NCBI GenBank assembly: GCA_017522135.1
Contig: JAFXAB010000001.1
Span: forward strand, 1,043 to 65,042
Direction of reading: 5' to 3'
Source: Bacteroidaceae bacterium
GTDB taxonomy: Bacteria; Bacteroidota; Bacteroidia; Bacteroidales; Barnesiellaceae_A
DNA: 64,000 nt
The notes under the pieces were generated by a model that worked only from the letters and a program-made list of their open reading frames with translations, was not told the DNA's origin and ran no database searches. Of this stretch, positions 16,048 to 26,782 are shown piece by piece (positions within the stretch are counted from its first letter, which is position 1; every line of letters starts with the position of its first letter). The translations under genes and the position numbers were made by a program.

Positions 16048-16866
16048 CTAATCAAACATAACGCGGGGGTTCATTTGTGAGGGTGTGCGCCACTCAATAC
16101 CGTATTTATCGGCAAGGATTGCTTTTTTGATGCTCCATATCTCAAAGCACATACCCATGCCATACGGCTTGCCTTCCATGCGACGATCTACCTCTTCTTC
16201 TACAGCATCAATGACATTCTCGTATGCCTCGGTATATACTACGGGGTCGACCTTGAGATGGCCGGTGTAGGGGTTATTAATAATTTCTTTGACCATTTCA
16301 GTTCCGAGCAAAGCGTCAAACTCTTCTTTCATAGGAGCATACCATGTGTCACACTCGCTGAGTGTTGCCAAAGCGATAATCTTTTCGGCAGCCTCTTTGA
16401 GCGTATCTTCGTGAGGCTCTTTGCGACCCTTCTCGAAGCCGTATTGCAGATTGTATAGCTTCATAGTGAGGCGTGGGTGGGCTTGCAATACATAGCACAA
16501 ACGATCGATGGCTGCTACTATCATGTCGATGGTCTCCTCGTCATCGACAGTAGCACCGGTGAGCATCTCGCAGGTGTGTTGAGCCAAGGGGGCTATGAGC
16601 CACGACTTGTTGTTGTGAGCGTAAGCCTCGGCCAGCAAGCTGTTGCACATGATAAGGTCGCTGGTGTGGCAATCCTCGTAGTTGTCGCCAAGGAGCAAAC
16701 GGCGCACTGTTTCATATACGGGCAGGCTTATCTCAAATGCCTCGCTGCTATAGGGATCAAGGCATTGATGCAATTCTACTATTTGAGCTATTTTTTCGTT
16801 AATACTCAAGTTGTTGTCTTGAGCTATGGTGTTTATTTTGTCGGTTGTGGTCATGGTTATAAACAT
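16048..16866 (-). CDS. Hypothetical protein with conserved-looking C-terminal DPV..GMGxC..W..KK..YGIEW..P..MNP..FD domain
   Basis: 272-aa ORF with helical N-terminus. Confidence 0.75.
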   Translation of the reverse strand: MFITMTTTDKINTIAQDNNLSINEKIAQIVELHQCLDPYSSEAFEISLPVYETVRRLLLGDNYEDCHTSDLIMCNSLLAEAYAHNNKSWLIAPLAQHTCEMLTGATVDDEETIDMIVAAIDRLCYVLQAHPRLTMKLYNLQYGFEKGRKEPHEDTLKEAAEKIIALATLSECDTWYAPMKEEFDALLGTEMVKEIINNPYTGHLKVDPVVYTEAYENVIDAVEEEVDRRMEGKPYGMGMCFEIWSIKKAILADKYGIEWRTPSQMNPRVMFD

Positions 16867-16877
16867 TTATTGGTTAT

Positions 16878-17522
16878 TTACATAGATACCATTGCACCGC
16901 GCACATTGTCAAAGTTGCCATGTGCAAGGTCGTCGGGGTTGATGAGGAAGTACATAACACCTTCATCCATAAATCGCAGATTGTAGTCGTCGGCTTCATC
17001 GGAGTCAACTTGCAGAAGGAGTTTCCAACCCTCGCAAGGCTCGTCCCAATCTTCCCACGGCATAAAATCGGGGGTTCCGAACAGCTTGTTGTGACAGTCT
17101 GACGCATCGGTATCGGCATATTCAAACGACATTTCGCGACAAGGTATGCACACAGGCTCGTCATTATCGTCGATTATGATACACTGTTGCAACGACTCGT
17201 AGCGGTCGGGGGATATATATATAACTTTGGTATGAGATGTGTCCCACACTCCTTCTCCCGGAGTTTCCGGGTCGTCATACCCCAAGAAGCCATCGATGTG
17301 AGCAAAGAATAGGAGCAAGCCCTCTTTGGGTAATGCTGTATTGAACTCGCGCAAGTCGGCACAGTTTATCTGGCAGATAAATTGCATTTCCCACTCCTCT
17401 CCTTCGCTATCGGTGTATCGAGGAAATTCCATGTCGACCGGAAGGTCGGGCGATCCCCACCACTTACTCATAGCAAAGCGATTGTCAACAGCCAAGCGGT
17501 TATTTTTTATTTTAATGTGCAT
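16878..17522 (-). CDS. DUF1963/YwqG family protein
   Basis: SKWWGSPDLP, FICQINC, LPKEGLLLFF, LLLQVDS, FMDEGVMYFLI..DL..GNFD. Confidence 0.88.
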   Translation of the reverse strand: MHIKIKNNRLAVDNRFAMSKWWGSPDLPVDMEFPRYTDSEGEEWEMQFICQINCADLREFNTALPKEGLLLFFAHIDGFLGYDDPETPGEGVWDTSHTKVIYISPDRYESLQQCIIIDDNDEPVCIPCREMSFEYADTDASDCHNKLFGTPDFMPWEDWDEPCEGWKLLLQVDSDEADDYNLRFMDEGVMYFLINPDDLAHGNFDNVRGAMVSM

Positions 17523-17555
17523 ATAAGATATTGTTAGAGTGTTTGTATTGAATTA

Positions 17556-18221
17556 TTATCTTTCAAAAGTGAGTACGCGATCAAATCGTTCACTAAAATT
17601 GGGGTGTGACTGGCTCATGGCCTCTATCTCGGCAGGTGTTCCGGCCACGATACACACGAGGTCGTCTTGGTGTATTTGCATCATGGTTACAAGTGCATCG
17701 ATAGTAGCTTGTGCAAGTTTGCTTTTGTCGTCGTTCAACAGATGTATGTCGTCAATAAATAGCACACCACCCAATGCACTATCGACAGCATTGCGCACCT
17801 TGGCTTGACATTTCTCTATGGTTGCACCCATGAGTGCTTTGGACCATACGGCAATCATTTTATGGTTGTTCATTACACCCAATGCGTATAAAATATCGGC
17901 CATGATGCGAGCCACAGTTGTACGGCCTGTGCATGGATTACCTATAAAGAGGTATTTGTGCGGGAAACGAGAGGGATAGCCCAGCATCTGTGTGCGTACA
18001 CAATCCATCTTGACAAATTTTACAATCTCGTGTATCTCTTGTTTGACGGTTTCCAGGCCTTCCATACTGTCGAGCATGGCTATACAACGTGCAACCTCCT
18101 CGCTGTTGTATGGGAGAGAGATATCGATGTCGACAATACGACATTCTGTACCGCATTTACTGCAAAATCGGTCGTCGGTATTGAGAGCGTTGCCACATTT
18201 GGCGCATTTGAGTGTAGTCAT
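17556..18221 (-). CDS. Zinc-ribbon plus degenerate CbbX/SpoVK-type AAA domain
   Basis: CAKCG..FCSKCG; LDSMEGLETVK, GNPCTGRTTVAR, GGVLFIDD. Confidence 0.8.
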   Translation of the reverse strand: MTTLKCAKCGNALNTDDRFCSKCGTECRIVDIDISLPYNSEEVARCIAMLDSMEGLETVKQEIHEIVKFVKMDCVRTQMLGYPSRFPHKYLFIGNPCTGRTTVARIMADILYALGVMNNHKMIAVWSKALMGATIEKCQAKVRNAVDSALGGVLFIDDIHLLNDDKSKLAQATIDALVTMMQIHQDDLVCIVAGTPAEIEAMSQSHPNFSERFDRVLTFER

Positions 18222-18248
18222 GGCATATTATAGGTGTGTCGTAGGTTT

Positions 18249-18506
18249 TTATGAATAAGGTTCGGCAGGGTCTACCGAGTAGTAATCTTGCAACCAATAT
18301 AGAGCATCTTTGTGCCCTTTGTCGGCAGCTTCGTTCATCCATTCGGCTATCAATTCGAGAGCCTCCCAATTTGCTTCTTGTATATACTCGGCAAGTTCAT
18401 ATGCAGCTTCGCCATTGGGGTCATCACCTGTAGCCGCTTCGTACATTTCGTCGGGTACTTCCACTTCGTAAGTGGTGGTCTCGTCGTATTCGTAGGTAAG
18501 TTTCAT
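18249..18506 (-). CDS. Small acidic protein with Sel1-like helix
   Basis: EAAYELA..WMNEAADKGHKDALYWL. Confidence 0.65.
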   Translation of the reverse strand: MKLTYEYDETTTYEVEVPDEMYEAATGDDPNGEAAYELAEYIQEANWEALELIAEWMNEAADKGHKDALYWLQDYYSVDPAEPYS

Positions 18507-18524
18507 GGTATATGTTGTTTGTGG

Positions 18525-19346
18525 TTAATTAATCTCTTTTGACAGCTCGGTATAGTATTCACACATTTCCTTGATACCTGCTTGTGAATATAGGTTGCTC
18601 ATGAAGATATACTGTTGCTTCAAGAGCGACGTTGCCTCGGTACTGTTGGGTGCAATGGTGCGCAATATTTCCATGGCTTGCACATAGCGGTCTATGGCGT
18701 TGTTGACCATGCGCGTATTTAGGTAGAAATCGGCATATTCGATAACGATTTGGGCCAACAACATGCCTGTGTCGGTGTCGTTGCCGTGGTTGCCAACCAA
18801 GAGTTTGTCGAATGCCTCAATCGATTCGGCATAGGTATCCTCTGCCAGAATGTTGCGTCCGAAAGCGGCATAAGTATTGGCCAAAAAGTATAGTGCAACA
18901 GCCACGTTTCGCTCCCCTACTTCGCTGTTTTGCTCGGCAATCTCACGCTCGATAGCAACATGTTCTTCCATGCACTCTATGGCACGATGTACATTGACAG
19001 CCTTGCGGTGCAATTGTGCTGCATAGAATAGCGAATTGGATAGCTTGGGAAGGAAATCACCCCTATTCTCTTCGGCCTGTTTGCGTCGTAATTCTACTAT
19101 TTCGTCCTGAATATCAATCTCTTTGTTGCTGTTCTCCTCGCGCAGGGCACACAAGTTGGCATAGGTCGACAAGAAAGCTATATATTCGTCACGGTCGGCC
19201 TCGGTAGCAAGCTGCTTGTGCAAGGTGTTGCACAAGGTAATGGCTTCGTTGTATAGCACGTCGGTTGCTGTACCATCGATAGTCATGAGTTGCTCTCGAT
19301 TGTCGAGCCACTGTTTCAGTGCACCTTTATGTGTAGAATTATCCAT
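18525..19346 (-). CDS. TPR-like repeat protein
   Basis: Repeated helical A..L..LA..Y....A...Y..A motifs. Confidence 0.75.
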   Translation of the reverse strand: MDNSTHKGALKQWLDNREQLMTIDGTATDVLYNEAITLCNTLHKQLATEADRDEYIAFLSTYANLCALREENSNKEIDIQDEIVELRRKQAEENRGDFLPKLSNSLFYAAQLHRKAVNVHRAIECMEEHVAIEREIAEQNSEVGERNVAVALYFLANTYAAFGRNILAEDTYAESIEAFDKLLVGNHGNDTDTGMLLAQIVIEYADFYLNTRMVNNAIDRYVQAMEILRTIAPNSTEATSLLKQQYIFMSNLYSQAGIKEMCEYYTELSKEIN

Positions 19347-19500
19347 ATTAAGCAGAGTATGATTTTGTAAAGTTACAATTAATTTTCTGAAAAAGTAGTT
19401 GTTGAGTACTGTTTTTTTATATTTCTGTTTTTTTATTGCTATTTTTTTTGAAATTCAAGGATATATTCTAAATTTGTAACTTCATTAGATTTATAGCCTT

Positions 19501-20829
19501 ATGATTGATTTAGACTTTTATACCAATCTCCCTTCGGGTGAATTAGCTAAAGCCCCATTTAGAATTTTGGTACTCAATTACTACCATCATACCATGGATA
19601 TGTCGGTAGCCAATTACTCATCAAGAACAAAGATAATAATCATACCCCAAGAGCCCAAGCTACCCATCGTCTCGGAAAATTGGTGTGGTTGTGGTGAAAC
19701 AAAAATTGTTGGATTTAACGATGAAGGTTGCCCCATCTTGTCGTGGCATGGCTATGAGTATGTAACCTCGGATAAAGAGGTGATAGAGAGTAGGACTATA
19801 TATCTGGAAAATCCCTATTTGAGTCACGAAGAAGTGTCGATGAGCTATGAGTATTGCAAATTAGATGCTTTAGATGTAATGTCGACCTATCGTGACGTGG
19901 TGCGTGAATATCAGAAAGCACGCCCTGTTGTCAATAACGAAGTTGAAGATAATAAGGAAATCGCAACAAAATCGTTGTGGTATGCCATCAAGGAGAAAGG
20001 GTTTGTAGGATTTTATCCCACCTATGCACTCATGATGTCATGTAAGAATTGGGCGTCGTTTACCATTACCGATTGGGATGTGTTTGCCAAGATTATGCAA
20101 GAGGCTATAAAGGCGGGTTGTTTCGATGTTCAGAATGATTATGGCATCGGTAACATGGTACAAGTGCTTCGCGTCAATCCCGAAGAGGAAGTGTACAAGA
20201 GAGTGCCTGCCCTGAAAGAGGCTGTAGAAAAGATGGCTGCAAATGGCAACGAAGTAGCGCAAATGATGCTTGATTATGGTGTTGAGTATATAGAGAAAAT
20301 CTCACGCGAAGACTCGGAGCTCAAGCATTATACACTCACAATTGAGGGAGAGAAAGATGAATGGATAGAAAAATACTTTTGTCAACTTTTCGATGACGAA
20401 ATAGTTTCCGGCACTACTATAGATTTGGGTGAATATGGTACAGCAACTATTGCCTCGATAGGTGATGATACTATTGATTTTGTTTGGCAGAATGAAACGT
20501 ACCATCTTAAAGAAGATTTTTACAAAAACATACTCTCTCCTATAAAAACTCAAAGTGGTGAAGAAATTGACTTTACGGTGCGTTTCTATAAGCAGAATCT
20601 GTGGACATTACTGAAAGACTCGATATCCTATATAACTTTCGACCAAGTGTCGAGCATCGAAGGTAAAAAAGGATGCATCTCGCTTAAGAAAGAGTGTGCA
20701 TTGCGCTTGGTACAAAAACTTATCGATAAAGGCGATAAAGACTTGGAGGCACTCGCTTATGCCATGAAGGAAAACGAAGAATGGAAGTGCTTTGATTTTG
20801 ATGGCGAGCTACGATATTTGTTGCAATAG
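19501..20829 (+). CDS. Hypothetical protein
   Basis: 442-aa ORF with no recognised motif. Confidence 0.75.
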   Translation: MIDLDFYTNLPSGELAKAPFRILVLNYYHHTMDMSVANYSSRTKIIIIPQEPKLPIVSENWCGCGETKIVGFNDEGCPILSWHGYEYVTSDKEVIESRTIYLENPYLSHEEVSMSYEYCKLDALDVMSTYRDVVREYQKARPVVNNEVEDNKEIATKSLWYAIKEKGFVGFYPTYALMMSCKNWASFTITDWDVFAKIMQEAIKAGCFDVQNDYGIGNMVQVLRVNPEEEVYKRVPALKEAVEKMAANGNEVAQMMLDYGVEYIEKISREDSELKHYTLTIEGEKDEWIEKYFCQLFDDEIVSGTTIDLGEYGTATIASIGDDTIDFVWQNETYHLKEDFYKNILSPIKTQSGEEIDFTVRFYKQNLWTLLKDSISYITFDQVSSIEGKKGCISLKKECALRLVQKLIDKGDKDLEALAYAMKENEEWKCFDFDGELRYLLQ

Positions 20830-20851
20830 CCCCATTAATAAATATGTTGAT

Positions 20852-20888
20852 AGTGCGAAGCGGTATTTCTGCCTCGCACTGTTTTTTT
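20852..20888 (+). terminator. Rho-independent terminator between convergent genes
   Basis: AGTGCGA..TCGCACT hairpin plus T7. Confidence 0.6.
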
Positions 20889-20903
20889 GGGGGGTGTCTG
20901 TTC

Positions 20904-23324
20904 TTAGAATTTTACTGTCAATCGCACGTTGAGTTGTCGGCGGGTGAGGTAGTTGGGCACGGCGTATTGTACGTTGTTGACGTCTGTTACCCAAGTGTAT
21001 GAGTTGACGTTGGCAAAGTCGAAGAGGTTGAATACGTCGACACCGATGGTAGCACTCTTGATATTACGCCAGAATCCATACTTCGACCACTGCTCCTCGC
21101 CACCTATAAGTATATAGGTCAATCCCAAGTCGACACGTTTGTAGGCCGGTGCACGATAGTAACCCTCTGCCCGGCCCTTCATAGGCGAACCGAATGTAAG
21201 ACCATCGGAGATAATACCCTTAAGGCTTATCTTGAACATAGGCAGCTTGGGCACATAATCCTGGAAGAAGATGCCCACGCTGTAGCGTTGATCGGTAGGA
21301 CGAGGAACCCATATACCATTGATTTTCTCCTCGGTGCGCATCAGCGAGAAGCTGAACCAAGAGTCGGTTCCGGGCACAAACTCGCCATACAATTTCATGT
21401 CGAGACCTGTAGCATAACCTTCCGACTCATTCTTGGCACTATACCACAACTTGACGTTGTTGGCTTCGTAGGGAATGAGGTCGTTGAGTTTCTTGTAATA
21501 TGCTTCAAGCGACACCTTAAAGGGGCGATCGAATGCTCGGAAAGTGTAGTCACCACCGGCTACAATTTGAATAGATTGTTGCGACTTGATGCGGTCGTTG
21601 AGGTGTACGATGAAGTTGTTGTTGCCTTGACTAACCGTGTCGCGGAACTCCTTGTAGAAGGGTGCTTGATAGTAGATGCCTCCTGCTATACGGAAGGTAA
21701 AGTTACTGTTACGCTCGGGAATGAATGTAACCGATGCACGAGGGCTCACTATACACTCGTTGTTGAAGTCCCAATAAGACAAGCGCACACCTGCATTGAA
21801 GTTGAACAGACCTACGTCGGTGCGCAAGCGGTAGGTATCTTGCAGATAGCCCGATATACGATTGCTCGACAAGTTGTTTTCCGATACAATATTGTATATC
21901 ATGTGTATATTGTCGCCAACATAGGGCAATGAATATCCTACCGAGTCGCGCATCTCCCACTCGCGCAGGTAATCGTATATCTGCTCGCGATTGTATGTTA
22001 TACCCCATCGTATATCGTTGCCCACGATGCGATGTGCTCCTTTCAGCGCAACCGATACGACCGATGCTTTGAGACGATTGCGGGCATGTTCGTGGTATGT
22101 ACCTACGCCCAAGTCACCCTTGGCCGGAGCATTATCCGATACATTGTCGCTATTGGCCAGCTCGTCGAGCCAATATTGTCCCGAAATATCGTAGGAAACA
22201 AACTCGTTGGAGCTGAAGGCTGAGAATTGAAGCGAAATTTCGTTATCCTTGGCCGGACGATAATTGGCCGATACCGAGCCGAAATAGGTCTCGAATATGT
22301 CGCGCTCCATACCATCGAAGTATACCGTAAAATTCTTTGTGTCATAAGCCGTTCCAAATGATGTACTTTGCTCAAAGGGGGTAAACTGGTAGTTGTTGAC
22401 AGCTATATTGCCCAACAATGCCACCTCAAACTTGTCGTTGAACTTGTACGTCATATAGGTCTGGTAGTCGAAATACGACGGATTGTATTCACCTTTCACA
22501 TCGAGCGAACTGAGCAAAGTGGAGTTGGTGTGATAGCGAACACCATGCAGTTGTGTAAACTTGCCTGTACTATGTCCTATAGATGCTGTTGCGCCCAGAA
22601 AACTGCCCGAGAGCGATACCTCAAGAGCCTCGGGCCGCTTGTATTGTATATCGAGCACCGATGACATTTTGTCGCCATATTCGGCCGAAAAGCCGCCCGA
22701 TGAGAATGAGATAGACGACACCAAATCGGGGTTGATAACACTCATACCCTCTTGTTGTCCCGAGCGAACAAGCAACGGGCGATATATCTCTATACCATTG
22801 ATATATACAATATTCTCATCAAAATTACCGCCTCTTACCGAGTATTGCGAACTCAACTCGTTGTTGGAGTTTACTCCGGCAAAGGTAGCCAACATACCCT
22901 CAATACCACCCGAGGTGTTGGGCATAAGCTGCATGTCGGAGGCCTTGATTTTCTGCATTGTACCTTGCTGTTTTTGAAACTCGGTTACAACAACTTCGCC
23001 AAGGTCTATACTTTTCTTTTGCAGCTGTACGTTGAGTTTAACTTCACCCTTGGGATTCTTGAGCACATGCTCTTCATTCTTATATCCGAGGCAAGAGAAT
23101 ATCACAACCACCGAGTCGGTCGAATTGATTTTCATCTCATACTTTCCCTCAAGATTGGTTGTTGTGCCCGTTGTAGTACCTGCTATGCGCACCAAGGCAA
23201 GCTCTATAGGCCGGTTGTCGGCATCTATGACACTACCCCTCAGTCGTACAATATCTTGCGACACAAGAGGGAGTGATACCGATAACAATGATAAAAACAA
23301 TATAATGCGGTGTTGAATAGTCAT
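20904..23324 (-). CDS. TonB-dependent receptor with N-terminal CarboxypepD_reg-like domain
   Basis: Signal peptide, GTTTNLEGKY, plug YSVRGGNFDENIVYING, C-terminal Phe. Confidence 0.9.
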   Translation of the reverse strand: MTIQHRIILFLSLLSVSLPLVSQDIVRLRGSVIDADNRPIELALVRIAGTTTGTTTNLEGKYEMKINSTDSVVVIFSCLGYKNEEHVLKNPKGEVKLNVQLQKKSIDLGEVVVTEFQKQQGTMQKIKASDMQLMPNTSGGIEGMLATFAGVNSNNELSSQYSVRGGNFDENIVYINGIEIYRPLLVRSGQQEGMSVINPDLVSSISFSSGGFSAEYGDKMSSVLDIQYKRPEALEVSLSGSFLGATASIGHSTGKFTQLHGVRYHTNSTLLSSLDVKGEYNPSYFDYQTYMTYKFNDKFEVALLGNIAVNNYQFTPFEQSTSFGTAYDTKNFTVYFDGMERDIFETYFGSVSANYRPAKDNEISLQFSAFSSNEFVSYDISGQYWLDELANSDNVSDNAPAKGDLGVGTYHEHARNRLKASVVSVALKGAHRIVGNDIRWGITYNREQIYDYLREWEMRDSVGYSLPYVGDNIHMIYNIVSENNLSSNRISGYLQDTYRLRTDVGLFNFNAGVRLSYWDFNNECIVSPRASVTFIPERNSNFTFRIAGGIYYQAPFYKEFRDTVSQGNNNFIVHLNDRIKSQQSIQIVAGGDYTFRAFDRPFKVSLEAYYKKLNDLIPYEANNVKLWYSAKNESEGYATGLDMKLYGEFVPGTDSWFSFSLMRTEEKINGIWVPRPTDQRYSVGIFFQDYVPKLPMFKISLKGIISDGLTFGSPMKGRAEGYYRAPAYKRVDLGLTYILIGGEEQWSKYGFWRNIKSATIGVDVFNLFDFANVNSYTWVTDVNNVQYAVPNYLTRRQLNVRLTVKF

Positions 23325-23467
23325 AATAAAGGCATATTTGTATACTGCGAGAGTATATCACATTATCTTAAACGAGAAAAAACAATTTTGCGTATATTTA
23401 TGGATAAAAAAATTATGCCTGAACATCAAAATAGTTGTATATTTGCATATAGTAATATTTAAGAACA

Positions 23468-23992
23468 ATGCAAAACTTTCATGATTTATTGCTGACACGT
23501 CGCAGCATACGTAAATATACCGATGAGCCTATATCGGGAGAAGACGTAAAGACAATATTGGAAGCCGGATTGATGGCTCCCTCGTCAAAGCGTAAAATGC
23601 CATGGCACTTTGTCGTGGTAGAAGATAAAGCCATGCTTGCACAGTTGTCGCAGTGTCGTGATGCCGGTGCAGGCCCTATTGCCAATGCAGCCCTTGCCAT
23701 TGTTGTAACAGTAGATATGACTGTGAGTGAAGCCTGGGTCGAAGACGGCTCTATCGCAGCTATACTGATGCAATTGCAAGCCCATGACCTTGGATTGGGA
23801 AGCTGTTGGATACAGATGCGCAATCGTTCGCTGGGCGATGAAGCTACCGAAGACCTTGTGCGTGAGATGCTTGAGATACCCGAAAACATGGCTATACTGT
23901 GCGCTGTAATAATTGGCCATAAGAACGAAGAGCGAAAACCCTTTGACGAAGAAAAAATGATGTGGGAAAAAGTACACATTGCAAAATGGTAA
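23468..23992 (+). CDS. Nitroreductase family protein
   Basis: RRSIRKY, APSS, GLGSCW; TATATTTG box at 23438-23445. Confidence 0.92.
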   Translation: MQNFHDLLLTRRSIRKYTDEPISGEDVKTILEAGLMAPSSKRKMPWHFVVVEDKAMLAQLSQCRDAGAGPIANAALAIVVTVDMTVSEAWVEDGSIAAILMQLQAHDLGLGSCWIQMRNRSLGDEATEDLVREMLEIPENMAILCAVIIGHKNEERKPFDEEKMMWEKVHIAKW

Positions 23993-23999
23993 TGAATAG

Positions 24000-24788
24000 A
24001 TGAAGTTGCAAGAAGAAAAGATAGTTTTGATAGGTGCCGGTAATATGGCAACGCAACTTGCCTTGGCCTTGTCGAGTGCCGGATGTAGGATACTTCAAGT
24101 ATACAGTCGTAGCGTCTCTTCGGCAAAACTGTTGGCTCAACGCATAGGAGATACTATACTCTATACCAACAACGTGTGCGATATAGTACCCCATGCCGAC
24201 GTATATATCTTTTCGTTAAGCGACAATGCCCTACCCGATATCGTGGCACAAATGCAGGCCAATGAAGCTCTGTGGGTGCATACAGCAGGCAGCATGCCTA
24301 TGGAGATATTTGCCACAAAATGCAAACGATATGGTGTGTTATATCCGATGCAAACCGTCAACAAAGAACGAGTAATAGAATGGAGCGATGTCCCCATATT
24401 TATAGAAGCATCGAATGAGGATGACACACAATATCTTGAGGCACTGTCTCAACGATTGTCGAAAAATGTAAAGCGCAGTAGCTCGCAACAACGACAATCG
24501 TTGCATCTTGCGGCTGTCTTTGCCTGCAACTTTGCCAATCACATGTATGCAATAGCCGAAAAGTTGCTTTATGAGCAAGGTCTTGACTTTGATGTCATGA
24601 AGTATCTGATACGAGAGACAGAACATAAAGCCGAGTCAATATCGCCCATCGATGGGCAGACAGGACCGGCAGTGCGTAATGATGTAAATGTCATGAACAA
24701 GCATCTTGCAATATTGGGTGATACTCCCGAGGGAGAGTTATATAGACTCATAAGCAAGAATATTATGCAATACAAGCCCAAGCAATAA
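24000..24788 (+). CDS. Rossmann-fold oxidoreductase with DUF2520 domain
   Basis: IGAGNMA, HTAGS, YPMQT, LHLAAVFACNF, QTGPAVR. Confidence 0.9.
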   Translation: MKLQEEKIVLIGAGNMATQLALALSSAGCRILQVYSRSVSSAKLLAQRIGDTILYTNNVCDIVPHADVYIFSLSDNALPDIVAQMQANEALWVHTAGSMPMEIFATKCKRYGVLYPMQTVNKERVIEWSDVPIFIEASNEDDTQYLEALSQRLSKNVKRSSSQQRQSLHLAAVFACNFANHMYAIAEKLLYEQGLDFDVMKYLIRETEHKAESISPIDGQTGPAVRNDVNVMNKHLAILGDTPEGELYRLISKNIMQYKPKQ

Positions 24789-24796
24789 TATACGAT

Positions 24797-25321
24797 ATGA
24801 GCAAGACAAACTATAACCTTTCACAGATAAAAGCATTTGTTTTTGATGTAGACGGTGTACTATCGCCATCGACTGTCCCTGTATACATCAACGGAGAGCC
24901 TTGTAGAATGATGAATGTGAAAGATGGATACGCCTTACAATTGGCCATAAAGATGGGCTATAAAATCGCTATCATTACAGGAGCAAAGTCCGATTTGATA
25001 AGATTGCGATATAACACACTTGGCATAAAAGATGTTTTTATCGGTGTGGAAAACAAAATAGTCGTATACAATAAGTGGATAAAAGAGAATAACCTCACAC
25101 AAGAATCGGTTGCATATATGGGTGATGATATTCCCGACTATGAAGTAATGCAAACGGCCGGTTTTGCATGTTGTCCGGCCGATGCGGCTATCGACATACA
25201 GCGTATAGCTCGATACATATCGCCCTACAGAGGTGGCGAAGGTTGTGTGCGTGATGTTATGGAACAAACCCTCAGAGCACAAGGTGTGTGGATGAATAGT
25301 GAGCATGCGTATAAATGGTAA
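24797..25321 (+). CDS. kdsC: KDO 8-phosphate phosphatase (HAD, KdsC-like)
   Basis: FDVDGVL, KDG, YMGDDIPD, GGEGCVRD. Confidence 0.85.
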   Translation: MSKTNYNLSQIKAFVFDVDGVLSPSTVPVYINGEPCRMMNVKDGYALQLAIKMGYKIAIITGAKSDLIRLRYNTLGIKDVFIGVENKIVVYNKWIKENNLTQESVAYMGDDIPDYEVMQTAGFACCPADAAIDIQRIARYISPYRGGEGCVRDVMEQTLRAQGVWMNSEHAYKW

Positions 25322-25343
25322 ATATAAATATATCGAGAAAGTA

Positions 25344-25925
25344 ATGTTAGACAATTTATTGAAATACCGCATTTTGCTGGCAAGCAACTCTCCTCGTCGT
25401 CGAGAATTATTGGGAGGCCTGGGTATATCATATGAGGTAGTGTCGTTACCCGAAATTGACGAATCTTATCCTCAAAACTTGCAAGGAAGCGAAATACCCT
25501 CTTACATAGCACAAAAAAAGGCCGAAGCCTATAAAAATATGATGACACAAGATACATTGCTAATCACCGCCGATACGATTGTGTGGTACGATGGCAAGGT
25601 ATATGGCAAGCCATTCGATGAAGAGAATGCTCGCCAAATGTTGCGAGAACTTTCGGGGCACACCCACACGGTGATAACCGGTGTCGCCATCACCACATGC
25701 AAGCTGCAAAAGGTCTTTGCTGTAGAATCGAAAGTGACTTTTGATGCCATCAGCGACGAAGAGATAGACTATTATGTGACAAAATACAAGCCACTCGACA
25801 AGGCCGGAGCTTATGGAATACAAGAATGGATAGGCTACATAGGCGTAACCGGTCTTGAAGGCAGCTATTTCAATGTTATGGGACTGCCTATACAACGACT
25901 TTATAAAGAGCTTAAAAACATATAA
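25344..25925 (+). CDS. maf: Maf family nucleoside triphosphate pyrophosphatase
   Basis: [34 protein letters not shown]. Confidence 0.93.
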   Translation: MLDNLLKYRILLASNSPRRRELLGGLGISYEVVSLPEIDESYPQNLQGSEIPSYIAQKKAEAYKNMMTQDTLLITADTIVWYDGKVYGKPFDEENARQMLRELSGHTHTVITGVAITTCKLQKVFAVESKVTFDAISDEEIDYYVTKYKPLDKAGAYGIQEWIGYIGVTGLEGSYFNVMGLPIQRLYKELKNI

Positions 25926-25936
25926 ACAAACACATT

Positions 25937-26782
25937 ATGAAAATAAACAAATTCTTATTAATAACTTTAATCATCAGTCTTTCTTGTATGAGTTGTGAAA
26001 TGAAAAAAAATACTGCCGGCAAGCAGTTGACAAATGTAAATGTCAAGATAGAGACAACATTGGGTGATATCATCGTAAAGTTATATGATGAAACACCTGC
26101 ACACCGTGACAATTTTATAAAATTGGTAAGAGAAGCATACTATGACAGTACACTTTTCCATCGTGTTATCAAGGATTTTATGATACAAGGTGGCGATTGC
26201 GACTCTCGCACTGCAACCCCGGGACAACAATTAGGTATGGGCGATCCCGGATATACTATTCCGGCCGAATTTGTATACCCCAAATACTTTCATAAAAAAG
26301 GTGCGTTGGCCGCAGCTCGTCAAGGCGATAATGCAAATCCCGAAAAAGCCTCATCTGGTGCTCAATTCTATATTGTTACCGGAACAGTCTTCCCCGAAGG
26401 TCAGTTGAAAGAGTTGGCACGCCAAATGCAAATGCAACAAGAGCACAATATTTTCAACACATTGGCGGCTGCACGTCGCAATGAGATAATGGAACTGCGT
26501 CGCAATCGCGATCAAGCCGGATTGATGGCATTGCAAGAACAACTCATTGCCGAAGCTAAACAACAAGCTGCAGCACAAGCTCCCATAACTTTTACACAAG
26601 AACAAATAGATGCGTATACAACTATTGGCGGTGCACCTCACCTCGACGGTGCTTACACCGTGTTTGGCGAAGTTGTTGAAGGTATGGATGTCATAGAGAA
26701 AATAGAAAAAGTAGCTACCGATTCTCATGACCGTCCTGTAGAGGATGTAAGAGTATTATCGATGAAGATAGTAGAGCAATGA
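25937..26782 (+). CDS. Cyclophilin-type peptidyl-prolyl isomerase
   Basis: [37 protein letters not shown]. Confidence 0.93.
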   Translation: MKINKFLLITLIISLSCMSCEMKKNTAGKQLTNVNVKIETTLGDIIVKLYDETPAHRDNFIKLVREAYYDSTLFHRVIKDFMIQGGDCDSRTATPGQQLGMGDPGYTIPAEFVYPKYFHKKGALAAARQGDNANPEKASSGAQFYIVTGTVFPEGQLKELARQMQMQQEHNIFNTLAAARRNEIMELRRNRDQAGLMALQEQLIAEAKQQAAAQAPITFTQEQIDAYTTIGGAPHLDGAYTVFGEVVEGMDVIEKIEKVATDSHDRPVEDVRVLSMKIVEQ

